From contig CAVNZM010000002.1 in NCBI GenBank assembly GCA_963693365.1, positions 12,890,328-12,954,327 on the forward strand: a DNA stretch of 64,000 nucleotides. The letters run 5' to 3'. Position 1 is the first letter of the stretch. The number at the start of each line of letters is the position of its first letter. The position numbers and the translations under genes are program-made. Under the pieces are notes generated by a model that was given only the letters and a program-made list of their open reading frames with translations, did no database searches and was not told the origin of the DNA. Positions 1 through 16,372 of the stretch are shown here, one piece after another. This DNA is from Amoebidium appalachense (lineage: Eukaryota; Protista; Ichthyosporea).

Positions 1-66
1 TCTTGTACAATCACTCTTTAAATTTGAAAGATGCGCGCATTCAATGCCACAGCCAGGCTGGGGGGG

Positions 67-73
67 TATAAAA
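67..73 (+). promoter_or_regulatory. candidate TATA box of YeeE/YedE paralog 1
   Basis: TATAAAA about 175 bp upstream of the ATG at 248; motif match only. Confidence 0.3.
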
Positions 74-247
74 GCGGAGTCCTCGAGTTTCCATGTTGCA
101 GAATACGAAGTCAAAGGTAGCTCTTGGTGAACCTCGTATGCTCAAGAGTCAAAAAATATTGTAGAGTACTTTAATATACTCTCGTACACCTATCTTTAGA
201 CTCACATCTTCTAGTCTTAGCAAAACGTGATTCCTTCCTCGTTCACC

Positions 248-4443
<4,196 letters not shown>

Positions 4444-5884
4444 ATGTGCTTATTATTTGCTGAAATGCATTATCATTATTTGACGAATATGGTGTTGATG
4501 GGGCAGGCGGGAATTCTACCTTGAGACGATGCAGGAATGGGTGAATGATTCTGAGTTTGTTGTTTTGCACACGAGAAATGTATCTGCGTATGAATACTAT
4601 GACTACTATCTAGCCTGTGGCCTTTCTTTTTATATTTGTATGCTTTTACTTATGAAAATGTATTTGAAATTGAACGGGTCTAGGCTGCACGAATGACAAT
4701 AAATCATTGACACACCGTTCCAAAGTGGTTCTTGCTTACGCGTGTTCTATTGCCCCCCCCCTCCCCCCCCTCCCCCCCCCCCCTCCCCCTCCCCCCCACA
4801 CCCACCCACCCCCTATTTTGCCCCCCTCCCCCCCGGCCCGTCACCGACTTTACCTCGGCTGTCTGCCAAGGGGTTGCAAATTTTCCACTGGTTCCGAAAT
4901 TTCTGCAAAAGTTTATACGTGTCTACATCATGATACCACTTCTTTAAAGGAATAAGAAAACCCCAAGCATGGGCCCTACGTCCGGTAAATTCTCTTCATG
5001 TACAAGAAAAATCTGTCTGCCACTGACCAGAACATGCTCCTCTAATATTAGTCAGTATATATGATGATTACTGAGATAACATTTCTTCGTCTGGTTTGAT
5101 CAGCCAAGTTCTGGTCATCATTTATGATTCTTCGAGCTACCGTTGCAAGTAGCACCTTCCTCATATCCCCCCCCCCCCCCCCCCCCCCGGGGGCGCCACT
5201 CCTGCTCCTTTCTCCCACCCTTTTCATTCCTCTTCTTCTTCAGAATCTCCTCCTTCCTCCTCGCTTTCCCGGAGACTCAATTTTCTGCTTTCTAAAGCTT
5301 TCAAACTCCCCTCTCTGTTATCTCACCCTTCTCACCTCTGCACCTCTCCTTTTGCCACTCTCTAGTCCCTGTACCTCTAATCTAAAACTGAATGGTCATC
5401 TGAACAATCACAAATATAATTTCGGCAGGCAATGTTATATTCCTACTTTTTTTTTTCCTTCCAGTTTTATAGAATCTTTTTTTGGCGCGTATATGTATGA
5501 CTGGCTGCCAGAGGGGCTACGCTGACTCACATGATGCGCAGCGTGTTTATTTAAATAAATCCGTGATATATCGAGTCCCCAGAGGATCCGGAGTTTCCCC
5601 TTTCAACCGATGTGATGAAAGTTGATATCAGAATCTGTATATGAACTTCACGGTGTAATGCCATAAATAAGGTTTACATACTGCCCGGTTTGATTGGTAG
5701 TAGGCATCGAACACTACATTCCATGAGTACATAACACGTGCACTGGCTCACTCATCATGTTTGCTGTAGTGTGAAAGCAAACATTGCGGCCTACGTCGTT
5801 CTATTTAGTTTTTCGTTAGTTAGAGTGGCTCTGATAGTGGCTTGCTTCTATGATTTTGTTCTGAATCAACAGTATGCATTTGTT

Positions 5885-7761
5885 TTATAATGACTTTATT
5901 GATATGCTTATGAAAGAGAAGCAAGCCGGAGATATCACAGATATCTCAGAGAAGAAAATACAAAAACCCCTACTCACGGATACGGAGGAGATAACGATTC
6001 AAATAATCATACACCCTAGAAAACTCGTTAAACATACAGTGGTTTAACAGATAGTCAATAGAATTAATATCAGGATTATCTAAAAAAGCTAGTCTTCGAA
6101 TTTCTAACGGAAGAATCTGAGATAAATAAATACATTTATCTAGATGTTTGCGAGAAAAAGGTTCTGCACGAAAGTGACTTAAACATTTATGGAAACTAAG
6201 GTTACAACGCCAAAATAAGCATTTCCAAGCAATATCACACGAAGGGGTTAGAATGGCAAAATCGGCAAGTGTGGTAGGTTTACGAGAGGAAGGATGAATA
6301 TAACGGTAGCTAATTTATATAACGATTGTAGAGAAAATAGACGAGTCTCTAATATAAAAAGAAGCACATGTGCAGGCTCAAGAGTCCTACCATGATACAC
6401 TTTATCACAACGATGAAGCAAAGCCTTTTGAGCATGAAACCAAGTAACATACTGCTGATACATAGGGGAAGAGAAAAATAACGGAGACAAATATTTAAGA
6501 GGATATCTCTGTATGGGAGATAGATTGGGTACAGGACATTTCGCACGAACATTAGAAATGGGAACAGGGCCTAAAGAAGGAAAGAATTGCAACAAAGGAT
6601 GATAAGAAGGAAGCCTAACCAAATGAAAACAAAAGCGAAGGCCTAACTCATTCATACGCTGACTCGCCGGAGGGAGACCAAAAACACTCAGCAAAGGAGC
6701 CGCCAGAGGATGCCGACGCGAGGTCCGAGAGATGAACTGGATGAAGTCACGCTGAAAGGAATCGAATTCCCGAAGCGCCGCGCGCTGTTGCCGTGGAGGG
6801 GCACACAAGAGTAACGGGAGGCCATATTCGAAACATGGACGAAGAAAAACTTTATAAAGAGTGAGCAGATTAGCAGGATGGACATTAGAAATACTTGCGA
6901 AAATGCCTTGATAGGTGTGTAAACGACCACGCGCACGGGAAATGCGCGAGGTCAAAAGGCGCTCAAAGCAAATACCCTTAGAGGTGAAAGGAATACCTAA
7001 ATAGTCATAGGAGGACACATCTGGGATAGGTTGATTGTTCAAAGCGTAGTGTGCATGGGGAGAAAAGGTGCCGCATTTATCTATCCCAATTTTCATGAAA
7101 TTTCGGAAACACCAATCATCTACTCGAGAAAGCACGGTAGTCATAATAGAAGGGTCATGAGTGACTAAAACAATATCATCAGCGAAAAAAAGGCCGGAAA
7201 CACAAGAGTCGCCTGCAACGGGAAATTGTTGAATTTCTACCGCTAGGTCGTCAATAAAGACATCAAAAAGGAGGGGACTCAAAAGTGAGCCCTGTAAAAG
7301 GCCTCGTGTACGACTGAATCCGTTACTCAGTACCCCATTCACAACGGCAGCCCCATGGGTGCGGTCAAATAACGCCTGAAGTAGTCGACCAAAGGGAAGT
7401 GGGAGCCCTCGAGTCGCCAACTTATGCCAAAGCAAATTCGGCGGAACCGTGTCGTAGGCATTCTTAAGGTCGATGAAGCAAACCTCGCGACATCCCGAAC
7501 GGATAGTGTCGTGTAAAAGAAGAGCATGAGTATAGCACGAATAAGCATGCCGAAACCCACTTTGAATGTTGCTTAATCGAAATACATTGGATAAGGTCTC
7601 ATGCTTGTGGAAGGCGCGCAATATGCAGGACTCGAATAGGCGACGAAGTATGTTCGTTAAGGTGACCGGCCGAAAAGAAGAAATCGGACCAGTAGAGACC
7701 TTCTTGCGGACTGGATTAACAAGAGTGTTATTCCACGACGAAGGAATGAAGCCCAACTCAC
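5885..7761 (-). mobile_element. 5'-truncated non-LTR retrotransposon (LINE) with 12-bp target-site duplication
   Basis: RT ORF inside. TATGCATTTGTT flanks it at 5873-5884 and 7762-7773. AATAAA on the - strand near the 3' end (about 5895-5900). Confidence 0.9.
5970..7761 (-). pseudogene. LINE reverse transcriptase (ORF2 fragment), N-terminally truncated, frameshifted near the C-terminus
   Basis: RT motifs FRPVTL, QSGFR, FIDLKNAYDTV, GLLQGSLLSPLLF, FFADD, YDYLG. After the stop at 6248 another frame continues (WKCLFWRCN...FSRKHLDKC...LLRIRE*) to a stop at about 5970. Confidence 0.85.
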
Positions 7762-8828
7762 TATGCATTTGTTGAAGATTACCCGTTGTTGTCGGCAGCA
7801 CAAGTGCCCACTTTATACCTTTCCACTAAAGCCCTTCTGCTTGTACACGTAGTACATGCCAAATACCACCTCACCGTGTCCTCTAAGACTTACCTATGGG
7901 CCACACTCTCTTTTGAGCTACCACCACCAGTACATACCACTACCCAGCCTGGCACAGTCCACGAAAGAGAGAAACAAGTTAGATTAGTAGCCTTTGGTAG
8001 CCCCCGTCCCTCCCCCCTCCTTGCCCCCCCCCCCCCCCCCCCCCCCCTTCCCCCTTCCCCCCCTCTCCCCCCCCCCCCCCCCCCCACACACGTCACGAAT
8101 ACACAGTCACAACACACAAGTCACACGCGCGCACAGATACACCCACACACACCGACCCACGCATGCACGCGCACGCACGCGCAAGTGCGCACGTAACTTT
8201 TTAGTACCTACACACGAAGGCATGCGCACATACACACACACATTGTGTAGGTGGATGACGTTTATTCGTTTCTCAGTTGAATTCTTTCTTTCAGTCCATT
8301 TTTTTTTAATACTACTTGTTTCGGTTGCGGCTTTTTTCAAAAGCGAAGTTCCTTTTTTTTCCCAGTATATCCCTCGCTTTCTCACACTGTGCGCGTGCAC
8401 GCGTGAAAGCTTGTGTACACTGTTTGTCACGGTGGCACTGCATGTGTGTGCATACGCTGATGTGTGCACATGTACGCTTTTGTCTCACTGTGTGTCACAG
8501 TTTTTGGTGGTGGATGGGGCCGGAAGGGGGGGAGAAAGGAGGGGGGGGGGGGGGGGGGGGGGGGGATGTTGTGTACCCATAAAATATACGCCCCATACCC
8601 ACCTCATACTCACCTCATGGTGCATATCCTCATCTACACCTCTTCTGGGTGCACACACATGCACACACGAAAATTAATACCGAACCCAATGCCTTGGTAC
8701 TCACTGGGCTACTAGATTAGGTACAGTGCTGGCCCCTGCGGGGTGCAAATCATTGTTCAAACCCGTTGATTTCTGTCCCAAGCCTCCCGGAGGCATGGTC
8801 ATCCACCGAATTTCGGAGGGAGACGGGG

Positions 8829-8885
<57 letters not shown>

Positions 8886-9076
8886 GGAGGGGGGAGGGGG
8901 GGGGGGGGGGGGGGGGGAGGGGGGAGGGGTGGGGGGGAGAGGAGGAAGTTCCCGTTAAAAAAATGCTTTTGTGTGTGTGAGAGGGGAGGAGGGGGGGGGA
9001 GGAAATCTTGTTTCTTTCTGTCTCTTATTTTCTCATTTTTTTTTTTTCGTTTCGTTTCTCTTGTTTTTGAGGAGGA

Positions 9077-9110
<34 letters not shown>

Positions 9111-9442
9111 ATGTTGGTCGAGAGGTAGGGCCTGGCCTCTGAAACGCAGTCAGCGATTGCTCTTTTTTTTTTTAAAAAAAAATAAATAAAAAGGTTGGTA
9201 TGCCAATGGCGAAGACCAGCGTTTGTGCAATGGGGTGGGTGTGTGCTCCACTAACAAAGGGAGCGGATTCAGTTCAGGCGGAGGAAACGTGTCAAATTTT
9301 GGAGGGACGTACAAGCTTCTGCCATTTAAAGTTCCCGTACAATTTCCTTTCTTCTTTAGAACTCTCGATCTCTCTTTTTTTTCCGCATTTCTTCCTTCCT
9401 TCCAAGGAAGCCGGTTCCTATCCACTGTGTAACAATCCGAAG

Positions 9443-9489
<47 letters not shown>

Positions 9490-9693
9490 CTTTTTTTCTT
9501 TTTTTTTTCTTGTGAGGGTTTTGGTATGGGCAAAAGGGGAGCCTCCTCATGGCTGATCCGGAGGATATCATGATCGGAATTGCCTACTGCCAATGGAAAT
9601 GGCCGCATGATGAGTTTGGTTGTGTGTACCTGTGTGCAAGTGTTTGTGTGTGTGTGTGTGTGCGTGTGCGCTTGTGTGCGTGTGCGCGTGTGT

Positions 9694-9734
<41 letters not shown>

Positions 9735-9737
9735 CCA

Positions 9738-9794
<57 letters not shown>

Positions 9795-9829
9795 CCAATG
9801 TGTGTGTCTGTGTCTGTGTGTGTGTGTGT

Positions 9830-9866
<37 letters not shown>

Positions 9867-9926
9867 ATGCGTGCGTGCGTGTGTGCATGCGTTCGTGCGT
9901 GCGTGGGCGTGCGTGCGTGCGTGCGT

Positions 9927-9984
<58 letters not shown>

Positions 9985-11193
9985 CGGTGTGCGTGTGCAC
10001 CGTGTGCCGGGGAACTTCCGCCCCCAGCAACTTGATTGATGTTGTTAATTGCTGATTTTTGAGTTTACGGAACCATGCGAAGAAAGCGAGTTACAGTCAT
10101 AGGGCTGCACGTCAACCTATACTTGCATATAATAAAAGTAAAGAAACAAGACACCACACACTACTGTATGGCTTGTGGTGTGGTGGGCCTTCATTCTCCG
10201 GAGTCCGGGCGCCATGGTTAGATGGTGTCGACAAGTACGTCTGACATGAAACAGGAGGGTTTTGGGGGATCCAAGGTGGTGGTGCTGAAGAAACCAATCA
10301 GCATCCGGATCGGTTTAGCAATTCAAGCCAATTAAAAAGGTTATTGTTTTAATTGGTCGACAAAGCCCTCTATTTACCATATAAGGCTACATTCCAAGCC
10401 GTCCGTGCGGAGGACTGGCTCACGGCCGGTTTCCCGTGCGCAGCGTCAGACCGTGAGAAGCACGCCCGGTGCCCGGGATCCCGGAGTCCGAGAAGTGAAG
10501 CCTTTGTCAAAAGGGTTGAGCAAAGAGAGAATGTGAAGTGGACTTCGTGTATCAAACGGGACAAAGCTTGAGTGTTGTAGTGCAAAGAAACGAGTTTGAG
10601 TGCTGTGTTGTTGGTGCCTGTAGTTTGTGAGCGTTTGTTGGTCTGGGGATCTTGCCATCCGGCGCTGGCCTAGAAGGATTTTTCTGGAGAACGAGCTGCT
10701 ATCTCACAGTGAGTTTCTGGTGTACAAGAGCAAAAAGAGTCCAGGATCGCTGTTGACAAAGAAAAAGAGCTTATGATACCTGTGCTCGTGTTCCTGACAA
10801 GTCCTTCTCCCCCCAATTGCACGCTCTTGACATCTTGTGACACAAAGTGTACCTTGGGAAGGGTTCTTTTGTGTTGACTCGCATCGGTTGCGCTAGCTGC
10901 CCTTTCCCGTTTTCTTTCCAGGCAACACACGACTCTGCTTCCTTTAAGCACAATGTAAAATAACCGCTCACTATTGTTGCCTCATTCACTCTGACGTTTC
11001 ACAGACTAAACTTTCTCTGGACACGTTCGTTCAAACACCTAACACTCTCCCTTGCTTCCCGCCTCCTTCCTCCCCTTGGCCCCCGCCTCTTATACCCTCC
11101 CCCCGCCCCCCCACCTACCCACCCACCTCTCGACCGCCTCCCTCTCCCCCCCCCTCCTCCCCACTTAGCCGCCAGGCGGCACTTGCACAGAAA

Positions 11194-12300
11194 ATGCTAC
11201 CCATTGTGGTCTCCCCCCTGTTTACACCCCTGGCATCACTGGCTGGAGGCAGCATGATCGGTGAGTTGATTATCCGTTTCTTGCTCCACGGGTTTCTTGC
11301 TCCATGCTCTAGTAACTTTTGGTCAGCACCGTGACCCTCGGAAATACTTTTCTCACCTTGTCCCTGTTGTCCCTTCCATCTCCCTGTTGCTGCTCCCAAC
11401 CCGCTTTCTCTCTTACACCTTGAACCTGAAAGCCCCCCTCCCCCCCTCCTCCCTCCCCCCCCTCCCCGCCTCCCCCCCCCCCCCCCCTCCCCCCCTTCCT
11501 ACCCCCCTTCGTTCACCCCTCCTCCCCTCTGTTTTCCCCTTGTCCCATGCATTCTTGCAGCTGCGGGTGCCCTGTCTTTCTGTTTCCTTTTCTTGTAACT
11601 AGTATTACTCAACTGCATAACCATGCAATCGTGTCTTGGTATTTCCAGCACATTTAACAAGTTGCCCTTACAGGAGCCTCCTCCAGTATAATGCTCGGTG
11701 CTACAGGTGGGTGGTCCCCCCCCCTCCCCCCCCCCCCCCCCCCCCCTCGTCCCCCCCTCCCCTCCCCCTCCCCCCCCCCCCCCCCCCCCGAATCTCCTGT
11801 GTGAAAAGATCTTGAAAAAGAAAGGGAGAAAACCAGGGGAAAGCACAGATGTGGGATCGGGGCTGTTGCAGTTCGCTTCGGTCAAGAGGGAGTTAAACTA
11901 TACTCGGGATAGTGGGTGGTGGCCTTGTGTGCCTTGGTGTATGTGAGTTAGGGGAATGGGCAGAAAAAAATGCTACTAAAAATTGGTTGTTGATTTTCAT
12001 TCAGTGTGTTTCTGTAAGAGCGGGGGGAAGGGGGGGGGAGGAGGGGAGGAGGGAAGGGCTGGGGGGGGGGGGAGATACGACCATACACGCAAGTAGGGTA
12101 GGTTGATTTGCGCTCTCTGTCTTCCCCTTTCTCCTCGCCCCCCCCGCTAATCTCCTGCTATATCCACCCTACCTTTCTCGCACTCACACGTGTGCATCAA
12201 TCCCCCTTAACAATTACTCATCACAAAAACTCGGTGTCTGAGTTGAACTGTATTCTGTCACTCATCGGTGCATATCTAATCCCCGCACACTGCGCTGTTT

Positions 12301-12337
<37 letters not shown>

Positions 12338-14136
12338 ACGCACACACACAGACAAAAAAAAAAAAAAAGAGAGAGAGAAAAGAAAGAAAGAAACAAAGTA
12401 CGAGAAGGAAAGATACCAGAAAAACACCACAGAACCCCATCACCCACCACTGTGCCTGCTTACCCCCCTCTCACTCATGATCTTTATCCACAGGCCGTGT
12501 CATGGGCATATCTGGAATCATCAACGGGGTGGTGACTGGTGCCAAAGACAGAACCTGGAGACTGGTATCCCCCCCCCCTCCCCCCCTTCTTCCCTCTCTT
12601 TTCATCCCCTGGTTTGCCTGTAACCAACCCCCCCCCCCCCCCCCCCCCCCCCCCCGCCCTCCCCCTGGTACCCCATCCGTCCCTGATTATTCCCCCCTCT
12701 CCCCCCTTCCCTTCCTCCCCCCCCCCCCCCCCCCCTGCTTATGACGCATACTGTGCGCATGGCTGATGTTGCATACTTGAATGTTTGCCTTTGCATGTGT
12801 CCTGCACCATGCTTCTCATCGTGTATGCATACTTCGTACCGTGTTCCGCATTCAAATCCCCCCAGTCTTCTTTCAGAGCTGTCCTTTCAGGACAGACCAC
12901 GGTGTGGAGACCGCTTTACTTCCATGCAACCGGGCATGGTTGCCCTGTGTCGTGCATCTGTAAGCACATACGCATTTTTCGCTGCACTGCTTTAGTTGGC
13001 ACACACATCTTTACCGTTTTGCTCACCTTGCTTGCATAAGCAACCCTGCTCGTCTTTGGTCAAGACGGGTTGACCCTTTCAAGTTCAGTTGATGCTGCTG
13101 TCTGAGTTGGAGAGTCGTATATACGCGGGCTAAGGGGTCGAAACTCAGACGCAATTGATGACTTGGGCCCTCCCTGAGGATGGGCTCTGCTTATGACGCA
13201 TACTGTGCGCATGGCTGATGTTGCATACTTGAATGTTTGTTTGCCTTTGCATGTGTCCTGCACCATGCTTCTCATCGTGTATGCGTACTTCGTACCGCGT
13301 TCCGCATTCAAATCCCCTCCCCCCCCCCCCCCCCCCCCCCCCCAACACACACACCCACCCCCCCCATTTCCTGCTACATGGTATGATAAAACATCCACAC
13401 ACACCCTGTCCGCTGTTCAATCACGCAAATCGCTTCCTCTTACCCTCCCCTTGCACCCACTTGTCAACCAGTATGCCAGCCTGCCCTTCTCACACCTGTT
13501 CGGAAACAACCCCCCCCCCCCCCCCCCCCCGACGGGGGAGCTTCCTAGAAGCCCCGTCTCCTGAGTTCCTATCTATATTTTTCTTGCTTCTGCTTACTGC
13601 TGCAACTTTAACCCCCGGCCTTTCCCACTGCCCTTGCCTGCATAAGCAACCCTGCTCGTCTCTGATCAAGACGGGTGACCTACTCATGTTCAAGTGAAAC
13701 AGTATCTGAGTTGGGTTTCGTTAACGAGGGGAATAGGTCGAAACTCGGGTACTGTGGATGACGTGGGCCCCCCCTGAGGATGGGCTCTGCTTATTATGCA
13801 TACTCTTTATGTATGGCTTGCATTCTGCATCGTGTTATCCGTTTGTTCTTGTGTACTTCGTACTTTTTGACGCATTCAAACCCCCCCCCCCCCCCCCTCC
13901 TCATCCCATCTCCCATCCCCCAGAACCATCACCACCAACCCCCCCCCCCCCCCCCCCCCCCCCGGCGTCCAGCTGTGGAATTCTAAAGACTTGCCCCCCC
14001 CCCCCCCCCCCCCCCCCCCCGGCCTACAATGATTTCTGCTTGCGAGGCACCTTCTTTATGTGTGCTTTGCACTCTGCAATGTTTTCTCCGTCGTGAGCGT
14101 GTACTTCGTGCTCTGTAACACACTCTAACCCCCCCT

Positions 14137-14175
<39 letters not shown>

Positions 14176-14366
14176 AAAAAGTCGTTCCTTGGAGGCATGC
14201 TTGCTGGAGGTGCCGCACTGACTGCCGTGTCACCTGCGGCCATTGGGGCCATACCGGTAAACGCTGCCGCGCTATTGGCTGCAGGCACTGTGGTGGGCTT
14301 CGGCACACAGGTAAATCACTACCCCCCTCCTCCCCCCCCCCCCCCCCCAAAATAAAAAAAATAAAA

Positions 14367-14400
<34 letters not shown>

Positions 14401-15522
14401 CACAACCCCAAACCCCCCCCCCTTCCCCCTCCCCCCCCCCCCCCTTCAAAAAAAACAAACAAACAAAAAAAACTCATACCCTTTCTGCCGTGCTGATTAA
14501 TCAGATTGAGTTTTCTGACTCAATTGCACAAACCTCTTCTTGCCCTCCCCCCTCTCCCCCCTCCCCCTCCGCCCCCCCCAAAAAAAACAGATGGGCAGTG
14601 GATGCACTAGTGGGCATGGTGTGTGTGGGTTGCCAAGGTTCTCCATGCGATCCCTTGTGGCCGTGTCGTCCTTCATGACTACAGGCATACTCACACGTAC
14701 AGCAATCACACACAGGTTTGCAACATCCCCCCTCTCCCTTCCCCTTTCCTTTCACACATACACACACACACACGACGCAAGACACACACAAACGTCTGCA
14801 AGGGCACACAGGCTTACACACATGGGCATACACAAAAGCAAGCACGCGCACACCAACTAACACACAACCCTACACAAACACTCTTGCAAACACACACACA
14901 GGCACACGTTTGCATTTTGTGAGCACACGAACGAACATGCACACCCATGCACACACGTACACACACGCACATGCGTGCCTTTGCCTCCAGTGACCTTTTA
15001 TGCATTGAACGAGGAACAGAGGATTCTTTTGTTATTGTGTCATGGATAGCACTACCTGTTTCGTTTCTGACTATTCTTCAGTGGTAGTCGATGCATGCCC
15101 CCTCCCCTTTTCCTCCTTCCTACCCTCCTCCCTCATTACTGCAAAGCCTGAACATGGACACATCAACAAATGAAAGCAACCCCCCCCCCCCCCCCCCATC
15201 TGCCCTTCCCCCCCCCCTTTCCGAAAAAACAATATAGAACAAACTACAAAACATCAACCACCTACAGCTTCGCTTTTCTCAAAAACACACACACCACCCA
15301 CCCACCACAACTTTCTGACACCACCCACTCACCCAATCACCAACACACACGCCTATTCACCTCCACACATACACCCACACTCACCCCCACCCACCCACAC
15401 AAACAAACAACCACACCCGTTCAGGCACACAAAGATACATGCATGCTTACACCCAGGCACATACGCCCCTACACACACCCCCGTGCACACGGCACACACA
15501 CACACACGCACGCACGCACACA

Positions 15523-15578
<56 letters not shown>

Positions 15579-16341
15579 GAGTTGCTGAGTGGTCTGATTA
15601 CTGCTGGTGGCTCTGTTACCGAGCTCACCAGTGGCCTTGCTATCACAAACCCATCACTGGTAACTCCCCCCTTCCCCCTCCTCCCCCCCTTCACCCGCTC
15701 CTCTCCTCCCCCCCTCGTCACTCGCTCCTCCCCCTTCCCCCTCCCACCCCCTTGTTTCCCCTCCTCCCTCCTCCTCTCCCCCCTCCGTCCCATGTCCCCC
15801 CCCCCCCCCCCCCCCCCCACAATCTTCCCCCATCTTCCCCCTATCCGCTTCACACACGCAAAAATTGAACAAGGCGGTGTGGATGGTGTGTGGGTGATGT
15901 GTGGGTCATTTTAGCAATAAGCCCTATTCTGATGTTGTTTTCTTCTTTGTACTTCTAGTTCTCCCTTCCTGTGGTGCATATTTCCTTCTCATGCTGCATA
16001 TTTCTCTTTCTCATGCTGTATACCTTATTATGTTGCATACTCCCTTCTTATTTTTGGATATCCTCTCATTTATATTATGTACTCCTCGTGTCTCATACTA
16101 CTTATATTGCATACTTCCTCTTTATGCTTAGTAATTGCTCTCCTCTCGAATAGTCTTGCTATTTTGAATACTCCCAGTATGGTCGTTATGCATGTCACAA
16201 CCCCCTGCACCACACTTTGGGCTGTATTCTGCGTAAACCGCCCTCTGCAATTTGCACTGTTCTGACTTACATTCCCTACCCACCCCATCCTCTTCCCCAC
16301 CCCCACCCCCACCCCTACCATCACACCCCGTCCCATCCCCC

Positions 16342-16372
<31 letters not shown>

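Noticed and set aside
7762-7801. Start of the RT ORF as given in the ORF track
   Set aside because: It lies in or beyond the TSD; the element is 5'-truncated.
8680-10320. Possible exon remnants between the LINE and YeeE paralog 2
   Set aside because: They could not be spliced into a consistent ORF and no motif was recognisable.
13100-13185. Hammerhead ribozyme (CTGAGGA and GAAAC present in the A/B core)
   Set aside because: The motif order and helices do not assemble into a type I, II or III hammerhead, and the putative core between them is not conserved between A and B.
12741-13697. Recurrent short ORFs in A/B copies ([10 protein letters not shown]..., [10 protein letters not shown]..., MNMSRSPV...)
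   Set aside because: They recur only because the DNA is repeated; frames are not preserved between subfamilies or copies and no domain is recognisable.
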